A stretch of 64,000 bases of DNA, from the NCBI GenBank assembly GCA_964291625.2, contig OZ220089.1, forward strand, positions 160,001 through 224,000, given 5' to 3'. Made by a program: the position numbers and the translations under genes. Source of the DNA: Candidatus Latescibacterota bacterium (GTDB taxonomy: Bacteria; Latescibacterota; UBA2968; UBA8231). Below, in pieces: positions 38,047 through 46,947 of the stretch. The notes below the pieces were generated by a model, which saw nothing but the letters and a program-made list of their open reading frames with translations, was not told the origin of the DNA and made no database searches. The first letter of the stretch is position 1. Each line of letters opens with the position of its first letter.

Positions 38047-38973
38047 TCAGACACCGGTTTCGAGACCGCTCATCTCCTCGGCGGTGCCCGCGGTCTCCAC
38101 CCTCAGGTCGCGGAGGATGCGTCGGACCAGGCCCTTCAGCACGCTGCCGGGACCGACCTCGAAGGCCCGCTCCACCCCCATGGCGGAGAGGGCCCGCACA
38201 GACTCCGTCCAGCGCACGGGAGCCGTCATCTGCTCGAAGAGGAGGCGCCGCAGTGCGCGGGGATCGGTCTCGGGCGCAGCGGTCACGTTGGTCACCACGG
38301 GCACCGAGGGGGGGCTGAACCGGGTCCCCGCCAGCCGCGGCGCCAGGCCTTCGGCGGCCGACGCCATGAGAGGGGAGTGAAAGGCTCCGCTCACCGGCAG
38401 TTCGACAACCCTCCGGGCGCCGGCCGCCTCGGCGGCGGCCATGGCCCTCTCCACCGCGCCCGCCTCGCCGGACAGGACCACCTGGCCCGGGGAGTTGTAG
38501 TTCGCGGGCACCACCTCGGGACCGATCTCCTCGCACAGACCCGCCGCGACGTCGTCTTCGAGGCCGATGACGGCCGCCATCTTCCCCGGACGCTCGCCGC
38601 CGGCGGCCTGCATCAGGCGCCCCCGCTCCCGCACCAGGGACAGGCCCTCGGGGAATTCGAGCACCCCGGCGGCCGTGAGGGCCGAGTACTCCCCGAGGCT
38701 GTGGCCCGCCACCGCGTCCGGGCGAAGGCCGCGCTCCGCCAGCAGGCGGGCCACGGCGACGCTGTGCACGTACACGGCCGGCTGGGTGACCTCGGTCTGG
38801 CTGAGACGCTCCATCGGTCCCTCGAAGCAGACCCGCGACAGGTCGAATCCGAGTATCCCGTCGGCCTCCTCGAAGGTCTCCCGGACCACGGGATGGCGCT
38901 CCCGGAGATCGGCCCCCATGCCGACGAACTGGGAGGCCTGGCCGGGAAAGAGAAAGGCGGTTCCGGCGCTCAC
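38047..38973 (-). CDS. fabD: Malonyl-CoA-ACP transacylase
   Basis: FPGQ, GHSLGEY, VSGAFHS. Confidence 0.95.
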   Translation of the reverse strand: MSAGTAFLFPGQASQFVGMGADLRERHPVVRETFEEADGILGFDLSRVCFEGPMERLSQTEVTQPAVYVHSVAVARLLAERGLRPDAVAGHSLGEYSALTAAGVLEFPEGLSLVRERGRLMQAAGGERPGKMAAVIGLEDDVAAGLCEEIGPEVVPANYNSPGQVVLSGEAGAVERAMAAAEAAGARRVVELPVSGAFHSPLMASAAEGLAPRLAGTRFSPPSVPVVTNVTAAPETDPRALRRLLFEQMTAPVRWTESVRALSAMGVERAFEVGPGSVLKGLVRRILRDLRVETAGTAEEMSGLETGV

Positions 38974-39977
38974 GAGACCCGGCCCCAGCGCAGGAGGACG
39001 CTGCCCCAGGTGAGGCCGGCGCCGACGGCCGTCATCTGCACCAGGTCTCCGGGTTCCAGGCGGCCCTCCTCCGCCGCCTCGGAGAGGGCGATGGGCACGG
39101 TACCGGCCGTGGTGTTGGCATAGCGTTCGATGTTGCTCAGCACTCGCTCCTCCTCCAGGCCCATGCGCTCGGCGGTGGCGGTGATGATCCGCTGGTTCGC
39201 CTGGTGCGGGACGAACAGCTTCAGGTCCTTCGGGGTCAGTCCGTTGCGCTCCAGCAGGGAGAGCGAGACCTCCGCCATCCGCTGGATGGCGAAGCGGAAG
39301 ACCGCCCGGCCCTCCTGGTGAAGGTAGTGGTCCCGGGCTTCCACCGTCTCCCGGGTCGCCGGGTGCAGGCTGCCGCCGGCGCGGATGAAGAGGTCCTTGC
39401 CTCCGCGGCCGTCGGCGTGCAGCTCGAAGTCCACGATCCCCTCGTCCGCAGCCTGCGCCGGCTCGAGCAGAACCCCTCCGGCGCCGTCGCCGAAGAGGAC
39501 GCAGGTGGCGCGGTCGGTGGGATCGACGACGGCGCTCATCTTGTCGGCGCCGATGACCATCACCTTGCGGTGCGCCCCGGTGGCGATGAACTGGGCCCCC
39601 GAGACCAGGGCGTAGACGAACCCCGAGCAGGCGGCCTGGAGGTCGAAGGCCCAGGCGCGGGTGGCGCCGACGGCCGCCTGCACCAGGCAGGCCGTGGAGG
39701 GGAGGAGCATGTCGGGCGTCATCGTCGCCACGATGATCAGGTCGACCTCCTCGGCGGCCGTCCCGGTGCGCCGGAGCAAGCCCTCGGCGACCTCGGTGGC
39801 CAGGGTGGAGATGCCGGCCCCTTCGAGGATCCGGCGCTCGCGGATTCCGGTGCGCTCGCGGATCCAGGCGTCGGAGCTGTCGACGACGCGCTCGAGGTCG
39901 AAGTTGGTGACCACCTTGTCGGGCAGGGCGCGCTCCACCGCCGTGATCGCCGCGACGGCGGCATGCGCAGGGGACAC
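38970..39977 (-). CDS. fabH: Beta-ketoacyl-ACP synthase III
   Basis: AACSGF, FGDGAG, PHQANQRI, GAGLTWG. Confidence 0.95.
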   Translation of the reverse strand: MSPAHAAVAAITAVERALPDKVVTNFDLERVVDSSDAWIRERTGIRERRILEGAGISTLATEVAEGLLRRTGTAAEEVDLIIVATMTPDMLLPSTACLVQAAVGATRAWAFDLQAACSGFVYALVSGAQFIATGAHRKVMVIGADKMSAVVDPTDRATCVLFGDGAGGVLLEPAQAADEGIVDFELHADGRGGKDLFIRAGGSLHPATRETVEARDHYLHQEGRAVFRFAIQRMAEVSLSLLERNGLTPKDLKLFVPHQANQRIITATAERMGLEEERVLSNIERYANTTAGTVPIALSEAAEEGRLEPGDLVQMTAVGAGLTWGSVLLRWGRVS

Positions 39978-40123
39978 GGGGAGATCTCCGGCGCCTTGGG
40001 GTTCAGACCCGCGGTGCGACGGAACCGACTGTCGAAGGCCCGTCGGGACGCACCGGTGGGCAGGCCTCGATCAGCTCGCTCCCGGCGCGAGCCCGGACGG
40101 ACCTGGTCAAGGGACCCCGGTCC

Positions 40124-40306
40124 CTAGTCCGAGGGCTCGAGGTAGGCGCGGCCCCGGTAGTGGCCGCAACTCTTGCAGACGCGATGAGGGCGGGCGGGCT
40201 GGCCGCAGTTGGAACAGGAGGTGATTGTGGCGGCCCTGAGCTTCCAGTGGGTACGGCGCTTGTCACGGCGTGTGCGCGAGATCCTTCGCTTCGGTACGGC
40301 GGCCAT
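40124..40306 (-). CDS. rpmF: 50S ribosomal protein L32 (zinc-binding type)
   Basis: [19 protein letters not shown]...CSNC...[10 protein letters not shown]. Confidence 0.95.
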   Translation of the reverse strand: MAAVPKRRISRTRRDKRRTHWKLRAATITSCSNCGQPARPHRVCKSCGHYRGRAYLEPSD

Positions 40307-40313
40307 CTTCTCC

Positions 40314-40871
40314 CTAGCTCCTTTGACTCGTCTGTTGCTTCAGTCGGGCGAGAACCTCCCACCGGGGGTCGTCGACCTGGTCCGTGCAGGAGCAGGCGAC
40401 ACGGTTGCGGTCCTCCCCGCACCGTGGGCACAGGCCCAGGCAGTCGGGCTTGCAGTAGATCCGCAGGGGCATCTCCAGCACGAGAGCGTCGTGCAGGCGC
40501 TCGACGAGGTCGACCTCCTTGACCCCGGGATCGACGATCTCCACCTCGTCCTCCTCCGCAACCGCCGCCACTTCGTCCTCGGTGGCCTCCTTGCGCTGAA
40601 GGAGAAACTGCATCTGCGCCCGGACCCGGGTGCGGGCCTCTGCCAAGCAGCGGCAGCACTCGCCTCGCAACGTGGCGCCGAGGGACCCGCTCACCGTGAA
40701 CATCTGCAGGCTGCGGACGACCCGCAGGGTGACACCGACGGGACCTTCGAACTCGAAGTCGACATCCGCCAGATCGAGATGGTCCGGATCGATATCGAAG
40801 CGATCCTCGCTCCGGCCTTCCTCCACCTCATCGAGGAGGATCGTCGTCGGCCGCCCCTGGCGGCTCGGCAA
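40314..40871 (-). CDS. yceD: DUF177/YceD family protein
   Basis: TTG start after GGAGG. CCRCL and [13 protein letters not shown]...DPRWEVL. Directly upstream of rpmF. Confidence 0.85.
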   Translation of the reverse strand: MPSRQGRPTTILLDEVEEGRSEDRFDIDPDHLDLADVDFEFEGPVGVTLRVVRSLQMFTVSGSLGATLRGECCRCLAEARTRVRAQMQFLLQRKEATEDEVAAVAEEDEVEIVDPGVKEVDLVERLHDALVLEMPLRIYCKPDCLGLCPRCGEDRNRVACSCTDQVDDPRWEVLARLKQQTSQRS

Positions 40872-40885
40872 GGGGGCCTCCCCCT

Positions 40886-41287
40886 TCAGAAGAAGAACCC
40901 GATCTCGCGGACCGCGTTCTCCGGAGAGTCGGAAGCGTGCACGGCGTTGCACTGCACGTCGGTGCCGAAGTCGGCGCGGATCGTGCCCGCCGCCGCCCGG
41001 GTGCTGTCGGTCTCGCCGATGAACCGCCGCAGATGGGCGACGGCGTCGGGGCCCTCCAGCACCATCGGCACCACCGGACCCGAGGTCATGAAGGCCACCA
41101 GTTCTTCGTAGAAGGGCCGCTCCCGGTGGACCTCGTAGAACGCCCTCGCCCGCTCCTGCGGGAGCCGCTCCATGCGCAGCTCCCGCAGCAGGAATCCCTC
41201 GCCCTCGAGCCGCGCCAGAATCTGTCCCACCGCGTTCCTGGCTACGGCGTCGGGCTTGACGATGAGGAGCGTGCGCTCCGTCTCCAC
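40886..41287 (-). CDS. ndk: Nucleoside diphosphate kinase
   Basis: ERTLLIVKPDAV, GTIRADFG, NAVHASDS. Confidence 0.95.
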   Translation of the reverse strand: METERTLLIVKPDAVARNAVGQILARLEGEGFLLRELRMERLPQERARAFYEVHRERPFYEELVAFMTSGPVVPMVLEGPDAVAHLRRFIGETDSTRAAAGTIRADFGTDVQCNAVHASDSPENAVREIGFFF

Positions 41288-41316
41288 CTGCGATCCCCCC
41301 CGGGTGCGAACCGGCG

Positions 41317-41348
41317 AAAAAGCGGCCGGAGCGGATACCGCTCCGGCC
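41317..41348 (-). promoter_or_regulatory. Terminator-like hairpin in the ndk 5' leader
   Basis: Minus strand GGCCGGAGCGG-TAT-CCGCTCCGGCC-GC-TTTTT, between the predicted promoter and the ndk start. Confidence 0.5.
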
Positions 41349-41363
41349 TGACATAAGTGCATG

Positions 41364-41392
41364 AATTTAGGGGCGATTAGGACAACTGTCAA
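41364..41392 (-). promoter_or_regulatory. Sigma70 promoter for the ndk-rpmF-fab run
   Basis: Minus strand TTGACA-N17-TAAATT. Confidence 0.7.
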
Positions 41393-41410
41393 CGTGATCG
41401 AAAGCGCTGC

Positions 41411-41439
41411 TTGACAGGGTTTTTCGAGCCGGATAGATT
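41411..41439 (+). promoter_or_regulatory. Sigma70 promoter for HD-rlmI-uvrC-xerD
   Basis: TTGACA-N17-TAGATT, back to back with the ndk promoter. Confidence 0.7.
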
Positions 41440-41447
41440 GCCGCGGG

Positions 41448-42803
41448 ATGCCCCTCCACCCCCTTCTCGAGGAGGATGGCAAGGCCATCCGGGATCCGGT
41501 GTGGGGCTATGTCCACGTCCCGGGACCACTGCTGGCCCTCGTCGACACCGAGGACTTCCAGCGGCTGCGCACCATCAGCCAACTCGGCTTCGTCCACCTC
41601 GTCTACCCGGGCGCGCGCCACTCCCGCTTCGAGCACTCCCTCGGCGTCTATCACCTGGCCAAGCAGTTCCTCGTCCGGTTGCTGCGGTCCGACCCTCCCC
41701 TGGTCCTCGACGATCAGGACGTGCGCGTCTTTCTCGCCGCCACCCTGCTCCACGACATCGGCCACTATCCCTTCTCCCACACCCTCGAGGAACTGACCTC
41801 CTTCTTCGTCAGCCACGAGCAGCGGGCCCGCCTCCTGATCGAAGACCCTTCCGGCGAGATCTCCCGGGTCCTGCGCGAGGAGCTCGACATCGACCCCGTG
41901 CGGGTGGCCAACGTCATCGACTACGCCGCCAAGGACCTCGAGATTCCGCAGCGCGACCTGATGCTCGCCCGCATCCTGAGCGGGACCCTCGACCCGGACA
42001 AGATCGACTACCTGCTCCGCGATTCCCTGTTCTGCGGGGTCCCCTTCGGCGAGAGCGTCAACCGGGACCGTCTGATCGCCGCCATCACCTACGACGCGCG
42101 GCGGCGTCAACTGGCCATCCGCAGCAAGGGCGTCTCGGCCGTGGAGTCCCTGGCCTTCACCAACTACCTCATGTACCGCAACGTCTACTGGCATCACGCC
42201 GTGCGCTCGGCCACGGCCATGTTCAAGCGCTCGGTGCAGGAGGTTCTGCAGCACCCTGGCAGCGGCATCCGGGTCACCGACTTCCACCGGGTCACCGAGG
42301 GCGAGCTGCTCATGGCCCTGCGCGCCGAGCAGGACCGCCTCGGACTCGAGGGGGCCCGGGCGCTCCTCGACGGGGTCGTGCACCGGCGGCTGCACAAGCT
42401 GGCGGCCTACGTGTTCCCCGGAGAGCGCAAGGAGGGGTTGCTCCACTATCTCTACGAGCTCTACCAGCATCCCGACCGGCGCCGCCTCAAGGAGATCGAC
42501 CTGAGCCGGCGCTTCGGCGAGCGGCTCGGGCGCCCGGTCACGGGCCACGAGATCCTCATCGACATCCCCAGCTTCCACAAGTCGCCCCAAGTCGACCTCA
42601 AGGTCTTCTACGGCGAGTCTGTGCCCTCCGACAAGCCACAGCCCCTGAGCTTCGACGACCCCGAGGTCTCCCGCCTGCGCGAGTCGCTGGTGGAGAACTT
42701 CGAGGACCAGGCCCGGGTCTTCCGCGTGTTCTGCGTCGCCGACGCCGAGTTCCTGTCCCTGGCCTCGGAGGAGGCGAAGGGCCACCTCGGCGCCAACGGC
42801 TGA
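41448..42803 (+). CDS. HD-domain phosphohydrolase (SAMHD1/YdhJ-like, dNTP triphosphohydrolase family)
   Basis: IRDPVWG, FQRLRTISQLG...VYPGARHSRFEHSLG, LLHDIGHYPFSH, DPDKIDYLLRDS, MYRNVYWH. Confidence 0.85.
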   Translation: MPLHPLLEEDGKAIRDPVWGYVHVPGPLLALVDTEDFQRLRTISQLGFVHLVYPGARHSRFEHSLGVYHLAKQFLVRLLRSDPPLVLDDQDVRVFLAATLLHDIGHYPFSHTLEELTSFFVSHEQRARLLIEDPSGEISRVLREELDIDPVRVANVIDYAAKDLEIPQRDLMLARILSGTLDPDKIDYLLRDSLFCGVPFGESVNRDRLIAAITYDARRRQLAIRSKGVSAVESLAFTNYLMYRNVYWHHAVRSATAMFKRSVQEVLQHPGSGIRVTDFHRVTEGELLMALRAEQDRLGLEGARALLDGVVHRRLHKLAAYVFPGERKEGLLHYLYELYQHPDRRRLKEIDLSRRFGERLGRPVTGHEILIDIPSFHKSPQVDLKVFYGESVPSDKPQPLSFDDPEVSRLRESLVENFEDQARVFRVFCVADAEFLSLASEEAKGHLGANG

Positions 42804-42831
42804 GCCGACCGGGCGCGGGATCGAGATCTCA

Positions 42832-44031
42832 TTGAACAGCTACCCTGAACTGCGCCTGCGCCCCAATGCCGAGCGGTTGCTGATCAAGGGACATCCCTGG
42901 GTGTTCAGCGGCGCCGTCGCGGCCCGTCACGCCGACGCCCGCCGCGGATCGATCGTCGACGTGGTCAACGACCGCGGACGCTTCATCGGCCGCGGCACCG
43001 CCAACCCCGGTTCCGAGATCGCCGTCCGCATCCTCACCCGGCAGCCGGACCAGGCGATCGATGCCGGCTTCATCCGCAGCCGGGTCGAGCGCGCCGTGGA
43101 GCTGCGCCGCCGCAGCCCGCTGCTGCGCGGCGTCGAGGCTCTGCGCCTCGTGCACGGCGAGAGCGACGGCCTGCCGGGCCTGGTGGTGGACGACTACGCG
43201 GGCTGGGCGGTCTTCCAGATCCACACCGCCGGCATGGAGGCCATGCGCGACTGGGTGCTGGCCGCTCTTCTGGAGGTGGTCTCCCCGCGCGGTCTGTACG
43301 AGCGCAGCGACGTGGGCACGCGCCGCGCCGAGGGGTTGCGCAACCGGCCCACGGGGCCGGCGGCCGGCGACGAGCCGCCCGGGCTGATCGAGTTCCACGA
43401 AGGCGAGGTGCCGCTCGCCGTCGACATCCGCCGGGGTCAGAAGACCGGCTTCTTCCTCGATCAGCGGGACAACCGGCGTCTGCTGGCCAGCGTCGCCCCC
43501 GGGCGCTCCCTGCTCAACGTCTTCGCCTACACGGGCGGGTTCACCGCCCACGCGCGCCACGCCGGCGCGGTGAGCAGCCTCGACGTCGATCTCTCTCCGC
43601 AGGCTCTGCGCCTGGGCCGGCGCATCTCCGGCGGTCTGGGCGGCGGACCCCACCGGTCGCTGGCGGCCGAGGCCTTTTCCTGCCTCGACCATCTCGCCGA
43701 CCGCGGACACCGCTACGGGGTCGTCGTCCTCGATCCGCCTTCCCTGGTGCGCAAGGGGCGCGATCTCAAGCACGCCATGGGCGTGTACACCAAGCTCAAC
43801 CGCAACGGCTTCCGCCTCGTCGAGGACGGCGGCTACCTGCTCACCTCCTCGTGCAGCACCCGGGTCACGGAGGAGGACTTCTTCCAGATCGTGAGGCGCG
43901 CCGCCTCCGGCGCCCGCGTCGACGCCCGCATCGTGGCCCGCACCCATCACCCGGCCGATCACGTCGTCGACCCGGCCTTCCCGGAAGGGCGTTACCTCAG
44001 CTCGGCCCTGGTCCGCGTCGACCGCGGGTGA
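42832..44031 (+). CDS. rlmI: RlmI-like class I SAM-dependent rRNA methyltransferase
   Basis: GHPWVF PUA domain, ESDGLPGLVVD, GQKTGFFLDQRDNR, FAYTGGF, LDPP, SCS. Confidence 0.85.
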   Translation: MNSYPELRLRPNAERLLIKGHPWVFSGAVAARHADARRGSIVDVVNDRGRFIGRGTANPGSEIAVRILTRQPDQAIDAGFIRSRVERAVELRRRSPLLRGVEALRLVHGESDGLPGLVVDDYAGWAVFQIHTAGMEAMRDWVLAALLEVVSPRGLYERSDVGTRRAEGLRNRPTGPAAGDEPPGLIEFHEGEVPLAVDIRRGQKTGFFLDQRDNRRLLASVAPGRSLLNVFAYTGGFTAHARHAGAVSSLDVDLSPQALRLGRRISGGLGGGPHRSLAAEAFSCLDHLADRGHRYGVVVLDPPSLVRKGRDLKHAMGVYTKLNRNGFRLVEDGGYLLTSSCSTRVTEEDFFQIVRRAASGARVDARIVARTHHPADHVVDPAFPEGRYLSSALVRVDRG

Positions 44032-44038
44032 GGTCACC

Positions 44039-45901
44039 GTGAAGAAGCCGCTCAGCGACGACCTGCGGCTGAAGCTCGAGGCCCTGCCCAGGGGGCCCGG
44101 CGTCTACCGCATGAAGGACGAGGCGGCGAAGATCCTGTACGTGGGCAAGGCCAAGAGCCTGCGCAGCCGCGTGCGCTCCTACTTCCAGGAGTCCGGGACG
44201 GCCGAGCGGGGTCCGCAGATCCAGGCCCTGATGGGGCGGGTGGCCGACTTCGACTGCATCGTCACCGAGACCGAGGGGGAGGCGCTGATCCTCGAGGCGG
44301 AGCAGATCAAGGCCTGCCACCCGCGCTACAACATCAACCTCAAGGACGACAAGAAGTACCCCTTCATCCGCATCACCGACGAGGCCTACCCCCGCATCTA
44401 CTGGACCCGGGACCTGGTCCGCGACGGATCGCGCTACCTCGGGCCGTACAGCAACGCCCGGCAGATGCGCACCCTGCTCGACGTGATGCACAAGGTCTTC
44501 CCCGTCCGCAGCTGCCGCTACGACCTCCCCGACCCCAAGGTCAAGCTGTGCATGGAGTACCAGATCCGGCGCTGCGAGGGGCCTTGCGAGGACCTGGTGA
44601 GCCGCGAGCAGTACCGCGGCACGGTGAGCCAGGCGACCCGCTTCCTCAGGGGCGACAAGACCAGCGTCATCCGCGAGCTGAAGACGCGGATGGCGGAGGC
44701 GGCGGGCCGGCAGCGCTTCGAGCAGGCCGCCCGCCACCGCGACCAGATCCGCGCCCTCGAGCTCTACCAGTCGCGGCAGAAGGTCGTCCTCGAGGAGAAG
44801 GTCGACCGCGACGTGGTCGGCCTTGCCCGGCACGACGACGAGGCCTGCTGCGCGGTGCTGGAGATCCGGGAAGGCCGCCTGGTGGGCGAGAAGCACCACT
44901 TCCTCAGCGGCGTCATGGAGGCCGCCGACGGCGAGGTGCTCTCCGCCTTCCTGCGGCAGTTCTACCTGCAGACCGACTTCATCCCCCGCGAGGTCCACGT
45001 GAGCCACGATCTGGAGGACGCCGACCACATCTCCACCTGGCTCACCGGCAAGGGGGACGGCGCCCGGGTCGAGGTCGCCGCCTACCAGCGCGGCCTCAAG
45101 GCGCGCACCCAGGACATGGCCGACAGCAACGCCGCCCACCTGATGGAGGAACGGCGCCTCAAGAGGGAGTCCCGGCGCGACCGCGTCCCCCAGTCGGTGC
45201 AGGCCCTGCAGAGGGACCTGGCCCTCCAACGCCTGCCGCGCCGCATCGAGGGCGTCGACATCTCCACCTTCCAGGGCAGCGACACTGTCGGCTCCGTGGT
45301 CGTCATGGTCGACGGCAAGCCGCGGCGCAGCGAGTACCGCCACTTCCGCATCCGCGGCGGCGAGGGCCGGCCCGACGACTTCGCCGCCATCCGCGAAGTC
45401 GTGGAGCGGCGCTTCCGCGGGCTCTCCGAGCGGGGCGAGCCCGGCCCCGACCTGCTGATGATCGACGGCGGCAAGGGGCAGCTGTCGAGCGCCATCGAGG
45501 CCCTGGGGACCCTGGGCGTGGACGGCCTCGCCGTCGTAGGGCTGGCCAAGAAGCTGGAGGAACTCTTCCTGCCGGGGCAGGGCGATCCCGTGATCCTGCC
45601 GCGGAGTTCGGCGAGCCTGCGCATGCTGCAGGTTCTGCGAGACGAGGCCCACCGCTTCGCCGTCAGCTACCACCGCAAGCTGCGCACCCGGCGCACCCTC
45701 GGGTCGGACCTGGACGACGTGCCCGGCATCGGTCCCAGGCGCCGGCAGGCGCTGTTGCAGGCTTTCGGGTCCCTGCGCCGTCTGCGCGAGGCGGAGGTCG
45801 ATGAGATCGCCGGCGTCAAGGGCTTCAGCCTGAGGCTCGCCCGCGAACTGAAGAGCCGTCTCGCCACCGACCGGGACGACCCGGGAGAAAGCCGGTCCTG
45901 A
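44039..45901 (+). CDS. uvrC: Excinuclease ABC subunit C
   Basis: GVY...YVGKAKSLRSRVRSYF GIY-YIG domain, DIS, IDGGKGQL, RDEAHRFA, HhH motifs. Confidence 0.95.
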   Translation: MKKPLSDDLRLKLEALPRGPGVYRMKDEAAKILYVGKAKSLRSRVRSYFQESGTAERGPQIQALMGRVADFDCIVTETEGEALILEAEQIKACHPRYNINLKDDKKYPFIRITDEAYPRIYWTRDLVRDGSRYLGPYSNARQMRTLLDVMHKVFPVRSCRYDLPDPKVKLCMEYQIRRCEGPCEDLVSREQYRGTVSQATRFLRGDKTSVIRELKTRMAEAAGRQRFEQAARHRDQIRALELYQSRQKVVLEEKVDRDVVGLARHDDEACCAVLEIREGRLVGEKHHFLSGVMEAADGEVLSAFLRQFYLQTDFIPREVHVSHDLEDADHISTWLTGKGDGARVEVAAYQRGLKARTQDMADSNAAHLMEERRLKRESRRDRVPQSVQALQRDLALQRLPRRIEGVDISTFQGSDTVGSVVVMVDGKPRRSEYRHFRIRGGEGRPDDFAAIREVVERRFRGLSERGEPGPDLLMIDGGKGQLSSAIEALGTLGVDGLAVVGLAKKLEELFLPGQGDPVILPRSSASLRMLQVLRDEAHRFAVSYHRKLRTRRTLGSDLDDVPGIGPRRRQALLQAFGSLRRLREAEVDEIAGVKGFSLRLARELKSRLATDRDDPGESRS

Positions 45902-45905
45902 GCCG

Positions 45906-46886
45906 ATGGCAGGCGGGGAGCCGAGGCCGCGCCCCGGGGAGCCGGCGCCGGCGGCCGGCGTGAACGCCGGCCGGGCACCGGTGGAGCTGCCTGGCGCCCT
46001 GGCCGAGGCCCTCGGCGAGTTCCTCGACAGCCTCGCCCGGGAGGGAGGGCTGTCGGTGAGCACGCGAACCTCCTACGGACGCGACCTGCAGAGCTACCTG
46101 GCCCACGCCGCCGGACTCGGGGCCCGGCGGCTTCCGGAGCTCACCGCGGAGGCGGCAGCGGCCCACGTGACCGGCCTCGTCGAGGCAGGACGCTCCCCCG
46201 CCACCGTGGCGCGCGCGGTCTCCTCCATGCGGCGCTTCCACGAGTTCCTGCAGACCACCGGCCGCTGTCCCGAGGACCCCACCGCGGGACTGAGGGCCCC
46301 GAGAGTGGCCCGCCGGGAGCCGGATCCCCTCACCGTGGAGGAGGCGGAACGCCTCGTAAGCGCAGTCCGCGGCGACGAGCCCCTGGAGTTGAGGGACCGG
46401 GCCGTGCTGGAGATGCTCTACGCCACGGGGATGCGGGTCTCGGAGCTGACGGCGCTGCGGACGCCGGACCTGCTGCTGGACAACGGCCTGGTACGGGTGC
46501 ACGGCCGCGGCGCCCGCGAGCGCATGGTGCCCCTCGGCCGGCCGGCGGCCGAGGCGGCCGAAGGCTATGCCCGCCGGGGGAGGCCCCGCCTGGCCGGGGA
46601 TGGTTCGGAGGAGATCCTCTTCCTCGGCGCCCGGGGGGGCGCCATGTCGCGCATGAACGTGTGGAAGGTCATCCGCACCGCCGCCCGCGCCGCCGGCATC
46701 GAGCGCCCCGTGAACCCCCAGACCCTGCGCCACACCTTCGCGGCCCACCTGCTCGAAGGGGGGTTCGACCTGCGGGACGTGCAGCACCTGCTCGGCCACT
46801 CCGACCTCTCCACGACCCTGATCTACGCACGCGCCGACGAGCAGCGGCTGCGGGAGTTGCACCGCACCTTCCACCCCCGGGGGTGA
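45906..46886 (+). CDS. xerD: XerD-like tyrosine recombinase with substituted active-site residues
   Basis: LYATGMRVSEL, LLGHSDLSTTxIY, C-terminal HPRG. The canonical GKG is GRG and HxLRH is QTLRH. Confidence 0.7.
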   Translation: MAGGEPRPRPGEPAPAAGVNAGRAPVELPGALAEALGEFLDSLAREGGLSVSTRTSYGRDLQSYLAHAAGLGARRLPELTAEAAAAHVTGLVEAGRSPATVARAVSSMRRFHEFLQTTGRCPEDPTAGLRAPRVARREPDPLTVEEAERLVSAVRGDEPLELRDRAVLEMLYATGMRVSELTALRTPDLLLDNGLVRVHGRGARERMVPLGRPAAEAAEGYARRGRPRLAGDGSEEILFLGARGGAMSRMNVWKVIRTAARAAGIERPVNPQTLRHTFAAHLLEGGFDLRDVQHLLGHSDLSTTLIYARADEQRLRELHRTFHPRG

Positions 46887-46947
46887 TCGGGGCCGGCCCC
46901 GGGGTCTGCTCGCTCCGAGTCCGCGGCAGCGCCTGCCGGAGCCTGCG

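Noticed and set aside
40872-41354. Extension of yceD across ndk starting at ATG 41354
   Set aside because: Overlaps the clearly real ndk in another frame with low-complexity sequence. yceD has its own GGAGG and TTG at 40871.
45906-46886. Tyrosine recombinase as a prophage or island integrase
   Set aside because: XerD-like size and C-terminus, in an operon with uvrC, with no att repeats, tRNA or phage genes nearby
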